54,331 nt of DNA from a virus (taxonomy: Duplodnaviria > Caudoviricetes). Every line of letters begins with the position of its first letter. Positions within the stretch are counted from its first letter, which is position 1. Shown piece after piece: positions 19,408-28,099 of the stretch. The stretch spans positions 1-54,331 of the IMG/VR virus record IMGVR_UViG_3300049137_000055. One strand, written 5' to 3'. The position numbers were made by a program, and so were the translations under genes. The notes beneath the pieces were generated by a model. That model saw only the letters and a list, made by a program, of their open reading frames with translations, was not told the DNA's origin and made no database searches.

Positions 19408-21392
19408 GTGGCGGCGTGTCTGACATTGTGATTGAAGCCGGCGTCCCGGAAATCGTGATTGAGGTCGGGGCGGGCCTTGTTGACATTATCGTGGAGGCAG
19501 GCGGAGAACTGCCAACACAGATCATCGTGCCGGAGCAAGGTCCGCCGGGGCTAAGAGGGCCACAAGGCGAGCAAGGGCCGCAAGGCATACCCGGCAAGGG
19601 CGGCGGGGATAACGCCTATGAAATCGCCGTCCAACAAGGCTTCGTCGGCACAGTCGAAGAATGGCTAGAATCGCTCATTGGCGAGACCGGACCGCAAGGG
19701 CCGCAGGGTCCCGAAGGCGAAATCGGTCCGACTGGTCCAATGGGTCCAATCGGACCGCAGGGGCCGCAAGGGCCGCAGGGCGAACAAGGGCCAATCGGTC
19801 CGATGGGGCCGGGGTCTGATACATCCAACCTTGCGGCGAAAGACCTGTCCAACACGACTGGGCCGCGCGGCAAGCTTGCGCCGCTCTATCAGGGTGGGAA
19901 GGATTTCAACACAATCCTTGAGCGCGGGACGCATATCGTCCAAAACCACGCGGGCAACGCCAATGCGCCGAACGGTGACACGGGCAGTTGGTGGATGGTG
20001 ACAAACGAAGTTGCCTATGCTGAAAACGATTTTGTCATCCAGCGGGCGTATGACTATGGCAACATTGGCGATGGGGCCATTTTGGGCCGCGTCTTTGAGC
20101 GCACGTTCAGAAATTGGGCAGCTCCGAAGTGGAGCGCATGGAACCGGATTGTTGAGCGGAAGGCCGATACTGACGCGCTTTATGCGCCGCTAAATTACGT
20201 CGTAGCCGGCGAGGGTGCGGTGGCGCGTCCGGTTGTGGAGCGGGATTATATTTCCTCGCGTGAGTTCGGCGTAGTTCAAAACACGAACGGCATTCGCACC
20301 GCGCTTCAGCACGCCATCAATGCGGCCATTGCACAAGGCAAGAAGCTTCGTATTCCAGGCGGTACGTATAACATCGACGGGACGCTTTGGGCGGTTTTAA
20401 CCGGAATGCAATCGCTCACGATTGAGGGCGACGGCTCAGACGCCACGATTTTACGGTGGATCAATTCGGACGGATCGCCGCCGACCGGTAACGGTTTGGA
20501 AATCATCGCCAACACCGACCAAGGCAATTGGTGGCTTGACGTTGCTCCGGCCATCGGCGTTGTCGTTCGGGGTCTTTCCTTCGTTTGCGTCGGTCCCGCA
20601 CAAGGGACCGGGACTTATGTCGATATGAAAACCCTGGAGGGCCGTCCGCCGCGCAAGGTTTTATTCGATGATGTGACATGGCGCGGCTCATGGTCTTTTG
20701 GCCATTACTGGAGCACGTCGGTTCACTTGCTCGATACAGGCTCCGTGACTTTCCGCGATTGTCGCTGGCTGATTGGTGGACCGGGTAATCTTGCGGGCAA
20801 CGGCGTTTTTATCCAGGCGCGCGGCGCAACGACAGACCCGACCATATTCAACTTCAATAACTGCGAACACTATTATGGCAACGCGTTCATTGTTGCCGGG
20901 GATCACGCCGAAGGGATTTACCTCACGCAATGCACAAGCGTCGGTTCGTCGTTCGGCGTCCAGTGGGCTTGCGCGGCGGAAAGCGGGCTTCACGTCATCG
21001 GCGGACACTACAACCACGTTGGCAAGTGCTTTGACTTAAGCGGCGTGTTTGATGTTGTGATCCAGGGAACCTTGCTTTATTCGGCCAACACGTCAGCAGG
21101 CACGTTCTACCATATCCACATGAGGAACGGGGGCCGGTTCTCCATTTCCGGTAATACGATCGTTGGCGTTGGCCAAGGCGCGGAAGTCGGCGTTGTTGTC
21201 GAGAACGTTCCGGCTGGCGCGAAGTACGGCGGAAGCATCATCGGCAACACCTTCACCGGACTTGCTTCGCGCGCCGTGACTCTCACCAACACAACGCATG
21301 ACATCACGGTCGGACCTAACGCCTATTGCGGTATCGTGTCGGGGCAGACGGTCCTAAACGACGCCGGAGCGGCGAACAAGATCAATCCATAA
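19404..21392 (+). CDS. Collagen-repeat tail fibre/spike with C-terminal right-handed beta-helix (putative depolymerase)
   Basis: Gly-X-Y repeats; [22 protein letters not shown] pectate-lyase-3-like start; repeated ISGNT/IIGNT strands. Confidence 0.8.
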   Translation: MSGGVSDIVIEAGVPEIVIEVGAGLVDIIVEAGGELPTQIIVPEQGPPGLRGPQGEQGPQGIPGKGGGDNAYEIAVQQGFVGTVEEWLESLIGETGPQGPQGPEGEIGPTGPMGPIGPQGPQGPQGEQGPIGPMGPGSDTSNLAAKDLSNTTGPRGKLAPLYQGGKDFNTILERGTHIVQNHAGNANAPNGDTGSWWMVTNEVAYAENDFVIQRAYDYGNIGDGAILGRVFERTFRNWAAPKWSAWNRIVERKADTDALYAPLNYVVAGEGAVARPVVERDYISSREFGVVQNTNGIRTALQHAINAAIAQGKKLRIPGGTYNIDGTLWAVLTGMQSLTIEGDGSDATILRWINSDGSPPTGNGLEIIANTDQGNWWLDVAPAIGVVVRGLSFVCVGPAQGTGTYVDMKTLEGRPPRKVLFDDVTWRGSWSFGHYWSTSVHLLDTGSVTFRDCRWLIGGPGNLAGNGVFIQARGATTDPTIFNFNNCEHYYGNAFIVAGDHAEGIYLTQCTSVGSSFGVQWACAAESGLHVIGGHYNHVGKCFDLSGVFDVVIQGTLLYSANTSAGTFYHIHMRNGGRFSISGNTIVGVGQGAEVGVVVENVPAGAKYGGSIIGNTFTGLASRAVTLTNTTHDITVGPNAYCGIVSGQTVLNDAGAANKINP

Positions 21393-21409
21393 GCAACAGG
21401 ACGCCAACC

Positions 21410-22372
21410 ATGACTAATCCAGACAAAGTCAGCGCCGCAGGCGAAGAAGCGATAGCCGGTTGGGAGGGCGTCGTCCTGACGCCTTATTACGACATTGCGG
21501 GCATTCTCACGAACGGCATTGGCCACACGAACGCAGCCGGCGGGGCGAAGGTCGTTCGCGGCGAGAAGTGGACTCGAGACTACGCCTTCAAGGTCTTTCG
21601 TGACGACTTGTCCCGAAGCTATGCGCCAGCGGTCTTCAGCCGCTTCGCCGGGACGCGCCTGACACAAGCCGCCTTCGACGCCTTCACGTCCCATCACTTC
21701 AATACCGGGGCGGTCAAGACGGCGTCTTATGTCGATGCGTTTAAACGCGGCGACATGGCGGACGCCAAGACGCGGTTCCTGTCGTGGGACAAGGCTAGAG
21801 TGAAGGGCAAGCTTCAGCCGGTTGCCGGGCTGACGCGCCGCCGCCGGGAGGAATGGGCGATGGCGGAGCTAGGGCAGTACCCGGCAGGCGTGAAATCGCC
21901 GCCAGCGGCCACGGCAGGCGGTCCAGCGCCCGTCCAAGACCCGACATCATCCCCAACGCGCCGCCGCACGTCGTCAAACGTCCCTGACCAAGCCGTGACG
22001 GACATTCAACGGCTGTTGACGGATCTTGGATTCTACAAGGGCAAGATTGACGGACTGTTCGGACCCGGCACAGAAAAGGCCGTGAAGTCCTTCCAGCAAA
22101 CACACCCGGACCTGACACCTGACGGCGTTGTCGGACCGGCGACCTGGAATCAACTTCTTCGGAACAAGGATCTTCGGGCGCGGGCCACGGTCACAGTCGC
22201 GGGCGGCGGGTTAACCGGCGCTGGAACAACAGCCATCCCGGACGTCCCGCTATGGTTCACGGCTGGCGTCTTGGGCGCGGTCGTCCTTGTCCTTGTCTGG
22301 CTGGCGTGGCGCTACTGGCCGGAAATCCAACAGCGGTTCACCAAGCGCCAGCCCATCACAGTTGAGGACTAG
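21410..22372 (+). CDS. Endolysin: GH24 lysozyme + peptidoglycan-binding domain + C-terminal TM helix
   Basis: E-x8-D-x5-T (WEGVVLTPYYDIAGILT), GLTRRR.EE, DGLFGPGT..AV..FQ...DGVVGP.T, hydrophobic C-terminus. Confidence 0.92.
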   Translation: MTNPDKVSAAGEEAIAGWEGVVLTPYYDIAGILTNGIGHTNAAGGAKVVRGEKWTRDYAFKVFRDDLSRSYAPAVFSRFAGTRLTQAAFDAFTSHHFNTGAVKTASYVDAFKRGDMADAKTRFLSWDKARVKGKLQPVAGLTRRRREEWAMAELGQYPAGVKSPPAATAGGPAPVQDPTSSPTRRRTSSNVPDQAVTDIQRLLTDLGFYKGKIDGLFGPGTEKAVKSFQQTHPDLTPDGVVGPATWNQLLRNKDLRARATVTVAGGGLTGAGTTAIPDVPLWFTAGVLGAVVLVLVWLAWRYWPEIQQRFTKRQPITVED

Positions 22373-22374
22373 AC

Positions 22375-22839
22375 ATGACCATCCAGCTTAATCCTATCAA
22401 TGTCCTGATCGGCGCGGTTCGCGGCGCGGTCAACGAAGTCGTTCCGGGCATTCAAGCCGACCTGTCGCGGCGGATCGAAACGGCGCACCAAACGCCGGAC
22501 TCGCGCCCGCTTCCGCCTGGCACCGCAACCGCGTCCATCAGCGCCGAAGCGATTGAACGCGCGGTCCTGGAACGGGTCCTGACCGACCCGCGCGTCCAGT
22601 CCTTCCAGCAGGCCGTCCAGCCTATCGCGTGGTATCAGTCGCCCGTCATCACTGGCCTTCTGACGTCGCTTATCGTGTCCCTGTTGGGTCTGGCCGGGAT
22701 CGCGCTGGCTCCGGAAGATCAAGCCATGGTCACAACCGTCATAACGTCGGGGATTGCGGTTGTGGCGGCGGTCGTCGGTCTGGTCGGTCGGCTCCGCAAT
22801 CCGGCGCAGCCTGTGACGCTGACGAAGCCGACGAATTAG
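22375..22839 (+). CDS. Holin-like two-TM membrane protein
   Basis: AWYQSPVI motif, two hydrophobic helices, GRLR; follows endolysin. Confidence 0.6.
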   Translation: MTIQLNPINVLIGAVRGAVNEVVPGIQADLSRRIETAHQTPDSRPLPPGTATASISAEAIERAVLERVLTDPRVQSFQQAVQPIAWYQSPVITGLLTSLIVSLLGLAGIALAPEDQAMVTTVITSGIAVVAAVVGLVGRLRNPAQPVTLTKPTN

Positions 22840-22841
22840 CC

Positions 22842-23300
22842 ATGGACCCGGCGACCCTTACAGCAGCCGGCAGTTCGATAGCGTCCCAAGGCATCCTTGG
22901 GGCGCTTCTTGTTATAGCCTTTGGCGTCATCGTCTTCCTGTTCAAGCGTCTGGAAAAGGCGTTGACGGCAGCGGATTTATGCAACGCTTCGCGGCTGACG
23001 GACGTTCGGGAGATATTGGCGACTGTTGCGAAGAATGACGCGTCCTTCGCCGCCATGGCCGCAGCCATCGAAGCATTGAACCGAATGCAAGAGGAAAGGG
23101 CGAAGGCGACCATTGACCTGACCCGGTCTGTTATGGACCTTAAGGCGCAACAAGGACTGGACAATGACAGGTTTCGGGAAAAGCTGGACGCCGTCATCGT
23201 GGCAATTGCCGACGCTATGCGGAAGGTCGATGCAGGCAACGCGGCGACAATTCAAGCCGTCAACCAACTTCTGAACCGGATAGAGGGACGCCAGTCATGA
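22842..23300 (+). CDS. Single-TM coiled-coil membrane protein (lysis-associated)
   Basis: QGILGALLVIAFGVIVFLF then coiled coil. Confidence 0.6.
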   Translation: MDPATLTAAGSSIASQGILGALLVIAFGVIVFLFKRLEKALTAADLCNASRLTDVREILATVAKNDASFAAMAAAIEALNRMQEERAKATIDLTRSVMDLKAQQGLDNDRFREKLDAVIVAIADAMRKVDAGNAATIQAVNQLLNRIEGRQS

Positions 23301-23536
23301 TCCGGTTCATTAGACACTTCTGGAATGTCGCATGGAAGAAGGACGCCTTTCCGGACAACTTTGACGACGCCGTCCGGCGCGAGCTGGACGCGGCAAAAAG
23401 GCAATCGGAGAGGTCGAGGCAACGACTGATCCGGTCGGCACAAATCAGCGTGGATCAATCGGACCATGTCGCGTCGCTTCTGTCGGCGACGCTTCAACAA
23501 CTGAACGGGGCTGGAACTGATGCAAGACCTAATTAG
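23297..23536 (+). CDS. Hypothetical protein
   Basis: Overlaps both neighbours; RBS GAGGGA. Confidence 0.6.
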   Translation: MIRFIRHFWNVAWKKDAFPDNFDDAVRRELDAAKRQSERSRQRLIRSAQISVDQSDHVASLLSATLQQLNGAGTDARPN

Positions 23537-24038
23537 AAGCCGGACCCTTTGGGCGGGTCTGCTATGCTTCGCGGCGTTCGTGCCCTTGGCGGCATTTATC
23601 CCGCCGTCGCCGCTGTTTGAATTCCTTCACGGTATCAGAATCGCAATCGGGCTGGTTGTTCTGTTGCTGTTCGCGCCGCCAGTCTTCCAGGCGCTTCGAA
23701 CGACGCGGCTGACGGACGTCCTTCAGCTCCGGCTTGGGATCACGCTGAACGCCTTTTCTCTCGTCATGACGGGCGTCTGGCTGATCTTATGGCGGGCGAA
23801 CGGCTTCCCGCGCTGGATGGTTCAGTCCGACTTCAACGCTTGGCTACTCTGGCTTCAGATTCTTGGCTACACGCTGCACATAACAGCGCCAGCCGCGACG
23901 CCTGGAGCTGTCCCGGCGAAGTCATGGGCGTATGTTGGCGCGGCATTCGTGGCCGGGTTCGCGTTCGCTTTGTTCATGGCGTGGGTCCAGCCGGACCTAA
24001 CAGCCATCGTTGACGTCCTTCAAGGGGCGCTTGACTGA
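23520..24038 (+). CDS. Multi-pass (about 5 TM) membrane protein
   Basis: Five hydrophobic segments; last gene of late operon. Confidence 0.7.
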   Translation: MQDLIRSRTLWAGLLCFAAFVPLAAFIPPSPLFEFLHGIRIAIGLVVLLLFAPPVFQALRTTRLTDVLQLRLGITLNAFSLVMTGVWLILWRANGFPRWMVQSDFNAWLLWLQILGYTLHITAPAATPGAVPAKSWAYVGAAFVAGFAFALFMAWVQPDLTAIVDVLQGALD

Positions 24039-24082
24039 CCGAACCCGCTGGCGTTTGGACGGCTTCTGTCAGCGGTAAACTT

Positions 24083-24115
24083 GCCGCCCGCGCTGAAAGG
24101 CCGGGCGGCTCTTTT
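24083..24115 (+). terminator. Rho-independent terminator ending late operon
   Basis: GCCGCCCG/CGGGCGGC stem + TCTTTT. Confidence 0.65.
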
Positions 24116-24273
24116 CAGCGTCTTGTAAGCGCGGACCTTTTGCTGTTTACTGTCGTTGTTCAGCGGTTCTTGGCTTGGTCATTTCCTCCCGAAAGACTTC
24201 CGCGTCTGTTCGCTGAATACGGACGCGGTCTAGCGCCGCCGGGTTGTTCGAGCCTTCCCGGCGGCGCTTTTTT
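24116..24273 (+). ncRNA. Candidate trans-acting antisense small RNA (5' end uncertain)
   Basis: Intergenic; hairpin 24200-24228; 12-bp terminator stem 24232-24268 + U6 whose loop UUGUUCGAGCCUU is complementary to AAGGCTCGAA at many gene starts. Confidence 0.6.
24232..24273 (+). terminator. Rho-independent terminator with unusually large 13-nt loop
   Basis: AGCGCCGCCGGG/CCCGGCGGCGCT + T tract 24268-24273. Confidence 0.85.
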
Positions 24274-24367
24274 GTCTGACGTGGCGGAGGATTGAAGCGA
24301 AGTCCAGCGGCGACACCAACCGGATATAGACAAAGGATTCATGATCGAATCCTTTCCATCTTCAGCT

Positions 24368-24862
24368 TCAGCCGTTCCCCTTTTGCATAACCGCGAGGTC
24401 AGCCGCCTTCGCCATCCGCTCTAGCTGTTCGCGGACCTTTGCGCGGACCTTCTCTTCTTGGGTTGTCTCCAGCATGTGAAGCAATATCGGCAGCGTGGAC
24501 GACCACGTCATGGACGGCTGAAGTTCCCGCAGCTCCGCCGCTTGCTTCGACTGGTTGACAAAGCGCAGATAGGCGCGGGTCGTCATTTCCATAGCTTCGT
24601 CATGACCCTTCCAAGTTCCGACCTTGCGACCGTTGACGAAGCCGCTGAACGATCCAAGGCGGCGTCCGGCGCGTTCGACCATCAGGGAGTCTTCGCCGCT
24701 TTGGGCGCGATACATCCCGCCTTTGGACGACGGAACCATAGACCATTCAATATCGCCGGTTGCGTAGTTCATCCGCTTCGTTCCTTCGGGGGCCGCGCCG
24801 CTTTCGGCCTTCGCCCGCTTCGTGGGTCTGGACTTTGACACTTTTTCAGCCTGCATCATCAT
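24368..24862 (-). CDS. Hypothetical protein
   Basis: 164-aa ORF with RBS AGGGGA. Confidence 0.7.
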   Translation of the reverse strand: MMMQAEKVSKSRPTKRAKAESGAAPEGTKRMNYATGDIEWSMVPSSKGGMYRAQSGEDSLMVERAGRRLGSFSGFVNGRKVGTWKGHDEAMEMTTRAYLRFVNQSKQAAELRELQPSMTWSSTLPILLHMLETTQEEKVRAKVREQLERMAKAADLAVMQKGNG

Positions 24863-24940
24863 GTGAGTTGTCCCCTTTGGAGTCGTTCTAAATTCGCTCC
24901 GGCTGGCCGGACGGAGGTCCGCCCGGCTAACCGCAACGAC

Positions 24941-25348
24941 TCAGCGACCGGCGCGGGTCAAGTGCTTAGTGACATATGATAGAAAGGTAAACTTTCCGGA
25001 TGATTTAATTTCGCCGAACGGCGTCCAGGACTGGCGTCCGTCCCGTTCCGCTTGGTCTTCGTCCCTCCAGTGCTGGCCAAGGCGGCACATCAGCGACCAA
25101 ATGCCATGGACCTTCGCCAGACCGCGTTCGTAGCGGACCGCCATGAAGAGGTCGTAAAGGTCCGCGCCACGGTCGCGGCGGCGGTTCTGGAACTTCATTC
25201 GGCAAGGGGAGGTGCAAAAGGCGGCTTCCCGGCGGTCTGTCCCGAAGGACTCGCCGCATTCACGACAGGCGCGGCGGAACAGATAGGCCGGACGGTTCGG
25301 ACGTGGCGCTGGCGGCGCGTCTAAGGTGAATTCTTCTTGGAACAGCAT
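24941..25348 (-). CDS. Zn-finger (CxxC...CxxxC) protein
   Basis: CRECG...FCTSPCR...NRR..RGA.LYD; start follows AAGGCTCGAA motif. Confidence 0.75.
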   Translation of the reverse strand: MLFQEEFTLDAPPAPRPNRPAYLFRRACRECGESFGTDRREAAFCTSPCRMKFQNRRRDRGADLYDLFMAVRYERGLAKVHGIWSLMCRLGQHWRDEDQAERDGRQSWTPFGEIKSSGKFTFLSYVTKHLTRAGR

Positions 25349-25351
25349 GGT

Positions 25352-25361
25352 TTCGAGCCTT
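25352..25361 (-). promoter_or_regulatory. AAGGCTCGAA start-associated motif
   Basis: AAAGGCTCGAAACC-ATG(25348). Confidence 0.8.
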
Positions 25362-25482
25362 TTGCAGAGCGACAAACCGCCGCCCATGGATCGAGAATTA
25401 TTTATGAACGATGGCACTTTCAAGACGAAAGTTCCAAGAATTCGCCGCTATCATCCTTCCTGAGTAGGATTCGGGCCTTAAG

Positions 25483-25512
25483 AAACAAAAAACCCGGCGC
25501 TTGGCCGGGCTT
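25483..25512 (-). terminator. Rho-independent terminator
   Basis: CCCGGC/GCCGGG stem with U tract on minus strand. Confidence 0.75.
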
Positions 25513-25531
25513 CTTAGTCCTTTCAGACAGG

Positions 25532-25903
25532 TTAGACAGACGAAGATTTCGGCGGTTCGGGCTTCTTCGTGCCTTCCGGAGCGGACGAATCGCCGGTAGG
25601 GGCGGGGGTCTGTTCGTCCGCCAGCTCCGTCGAGTGTTCGGCAATCGCCATCTGGTTTCCGTCAGCGCCTTCCGGGAAGATCGGGGCGACCGCCTGGATA
25701 TGGACGGGCGAATCCGGCGAGCGCTGGACCTTCCCGTCTTCCGCCGCGTAGGTATAGCCGCCAAGGGGGGCCGTGTTCTGGCCGATATTGCCAACGACAG
25801 CGGCGTCCGTGCCTTCCAGGGTCCGGGCGGCTTCAGCGGCCTTCGTGGCGTCGGTCGTCCGGGCGGACTCGTTTGTCGCTGTCTTCGTGTCTCGGGTAGC
25901 CAT
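25532..25903 (-). CDS. Hypothetical low-complexity protein
   Basis: RBS GGAG; followed by its own terminator. Confidence 0.65.
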   Translation of the reverse strand: MATRDTKTATNESARTTDATKAAEAARTLEGTDAAVVGNIGQNTAPLGGYTYAAEDGKVQRSPDSPVHIQAVAPIFPEGADGNQMAIAEHSTELADEQTPAPTGDSSAPEGTKKPEPPKSSSV

Positions 25904-25977
25904 TGCTTCAATCTCCAACGTTGGGGTTAGGACCGTCGTCCGTAGTGTTAACGCCTTAACCTTAGCACCGTTCGGGT

Positions 25978-26835
25978 TTAGTCCTTAACCGGAGGAACGT
26001 TGCTGGCGAACCCATGGGCTTCCAGGATGGCGTTGGCGCGGTCCAGGTCCGCTTGCGACGGCTTCCATTCGTCTTCGCGGACCGGCGTCGAGAGCTGGAC
26101 GACCTTCCGGGCTTCGTCCTGGACTTCCGGCCATGTTGCTTCGTGGCGGTCTGGCTCTTGGCTGAAGTGTTCCGTCAGCGGGGCGGTCCGATAGGCAGCG
26201 CGCGCCTTTTCAGCCAGCTTCACCGGGTCGCCTTCCATGGGGCAACCGCGCGCCTTAAGGAAGGCTTCATCTTCCGACCCTTCGAAGGGAACTTTCGTCC
26301 TGGCGATATACTCCGCCGGAGTTTCGCCGGGGCGTGGCAAGTCCGGGTCAATCCCTTCCAGCCGGCGTTCGGCTTCGGCAAGGACCCGCATCCCTTCCCG
26401 CGTCAGCCCGTTCCATCCTTCGCAGCGCCACGCCAGTTTCGCGCCGACTAGGATCGTTCTGGACTGTTTGTCGATGACGTCGCCGTCCTGGACCGGGCGG
26501 ACAAGTTGGGCGGCGACTTCGAACAACTGGCCGTCCAGGGTCACGGTCGAAGCATATTCCGCGCCGGCATCCTGAAGCGCCGCCAACAGGTCTTCGCGGG
26601 CTTGCGCTTCCTTCACCAAGGCGGCGTTATAGGCTTCTTCCGCCAGCTCATAGCGACGCTCCTGGACGACCCGCGCGACGCTCCGGCCAAAGCGGACGAA
26701 GCCGCCGATGACCACGGACGCGGCGAACAGCCCGTCCATGTAGTTCGACCCTTCAAGCACCTGGACGGCTTCGCGAACGTCCGCGCGGGCGGCGTCATAG
26801 ACCGCGCCAAGGTCTGAAAACTTACGCTGTTCCAT
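25978..26835 (-). CDS. Hypothetical protein
   Basis: RBS AAGGA; overlaps upstream stop. Confidence 0.7.
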   Translation of the reverse strand: MEQRKFSDLGAVYDAARADVREAVQVLEGSNYMDGLFAASVVIGGFVRFGRSVARVVQERRYELAEEAYNAALVKEAQAREDLLAALQDAGAEYASTVTLDGQLFEVAAQLVRPVQDGDVIDKQSRTILVGAKLAWRCEGWNGLTREGMRVLAEAERRLEGIDPDLPRPGETPAEYIARTKVPFEGSEDEAFLKARGCPMEGDPVKLAEKARAAYRTAPLTEHFSQEPDRHEATWPEVQDEARKVVQLSTPVREDEWKPSQADLDRANAILEAHGFASNVPPVKD

Positions 26836-27325
26836 TGTCTTTTCCTTCGTCGGCAAATCTCAGGGACAGGGTCACGCCGTTGGCGTCGGCGCGGTAGGAC
26901 ATCGCGCCTTTGCGCGCCTTGTCGATTAGCTCCGACGACATACGCACCTCGCCGCCGAAGTAGTGAATGACAGCGGCAAGGATGGCCGCTTCTTCCCGCT
27001 GGCGTTCATAGAAGTCTTCTTCTTCGGCTTCCTTGGCCTTCTGGAGCTCGCCAAGCGCCACGGCATATTCGCCGACTCGAGCCTTCCAGAATTCGGCGCT
27101 GGCCGGGTCTTCGGGATCGTTGCGGGCGTTGTGATGCGGCGCGGCGTTCTTCGCTTGCTGGATGAAGGCGTCCGTGATGATGGCGTCCATGACCGGGCGA
27201 AGATGCGCCGCCATCTTTCCGGCGTCACAGTCATGGAAGCGGGTCGGATAAAGCTTCCTCATGGCGCGGACGACCTGTTCAGCCGGGTCGGCGACGTCCA
27301 GTTCATTGTCAGGCTGTTGGTCCAT
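26822..27325 (-). CDS. Hypothetical protein
   Basis: Start MDQQ with RBS AAGGA, overlapping RNase H stop. Confidence 0.7.
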   Translation of the reverse strand: MDQQPDNELDVADPAEQVVRAMRKLYPTRFHDCDAGKMAAHLRPVMDAIITDAFIQQAKNAAPHHNARNDPEDPASAEFWKARVGEYAVALGELQKAKEAEEEDFYERQREEAAILAAVIHYFGGEVRMSSELIDKARKGAMSYRADANGVTLSLRFADEGKDNGTA

Positions 27326-27863
27326 TGCTGAAGATTCCTTCGTTGGGGTATCGGGCGCGGTCCAACTCCGCCCGCATTCCAAGGCGGGCCAAGCTGTCGG
27401 CGCGTTCGTTGTGGCGGTTGCCGGAATGGCCGCGAACCCATTTCCATTCCACGCGGCGGAGGTCGCAGGCGCGCGAAAGCTGTTCCCAAAGGTCCCGGTT
27501 CTTGACGTCCTGGCCATCGACAGTCGTCCAGCCGTTGGCGCGCCAGTTGGGAATCCATCGCTCTATTCCGCGCTGGACATATTGGGAGTCGGCGCGCACC
27601 ACGACGCGCGCGCCAACCGGCATCAGATCCACGGCCAACAGCGCGGCGGTCATTTCCATCCGGTTGTTGGTTGTGCGGAGCTGACCGCCGAACAGTTCGA
27701 CCGTGGCGGCTCCGGCGCGGATGACCACGCCAAAGCCGCCGGGTCCGGGGTTAGGGGAACACGCGCCATCACTGAACGCCGTCACGTCCTGGAAGCGCGC
27801 CAGAAGGCGGCGGGCGGCGTCCAGGTCGTCGGCGTGATACGTGAAGACGGTCGTGTCATTCAT
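27309..27863 (-). CDS. rnhA: Ribonuclease HI
   Basis: FSDGACSPNPGPGGFG, TTNNRME, DSQYV..GI..W, VKN.DLW, WVRGHSG...NERAD: D/E/D/D catalytic residues intact. Confidence 0.95.
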   Translation of the reverse strand: MNDTTVFTYHADDLDAARRLLARFQDVTAFSDGACSPNPGPGGFGVVIRAGAATVELFGGQLRTTNNRMEMTAALLAVDLMPVGARVVVRADSQYVQRGIERWIPNWRANGWTTVDGQDVKNRDLWEQLSRACDLRRVEWKWVRGHSGNRHNERADSLARLGMRAELDRARYPNEGIFSNGPTA

Positions 27864-28099
27864 CGCGGCATCTTTTCCCGAAGGCCGCGCGAAATTTCCG
27901 CGACCTTCGCTTCAAAGGTTCGGCGGGCTTCCGCCGACCAATGCTGGTCGACGGTTTCCCGCATTCCCGCTTCCATGTTCTGGAGCATCAGCGCCGCCGT
28001 CAGCGGATCGCCGTCGCCGATAAGGGCGACGGAAACTTCCGCGACGGCGACGACGCCGGCCATGGCGTTGACCAAGTCCATGACGTCGTCGCTGGCCAT
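27860..28099 (-). CDS. Hypothetical protein
   Basis: Coupled to recT (TGATG) and rnhA (ATGA). Confidence 0.65.
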   Translation of the reverse strand: MASDDVMDLVNAMAGVVAVAEVSVALIGDGDPLTAALMLQNMEAGMRETVDQHWSAEARRTFEAKVAEISRGLREKMPR

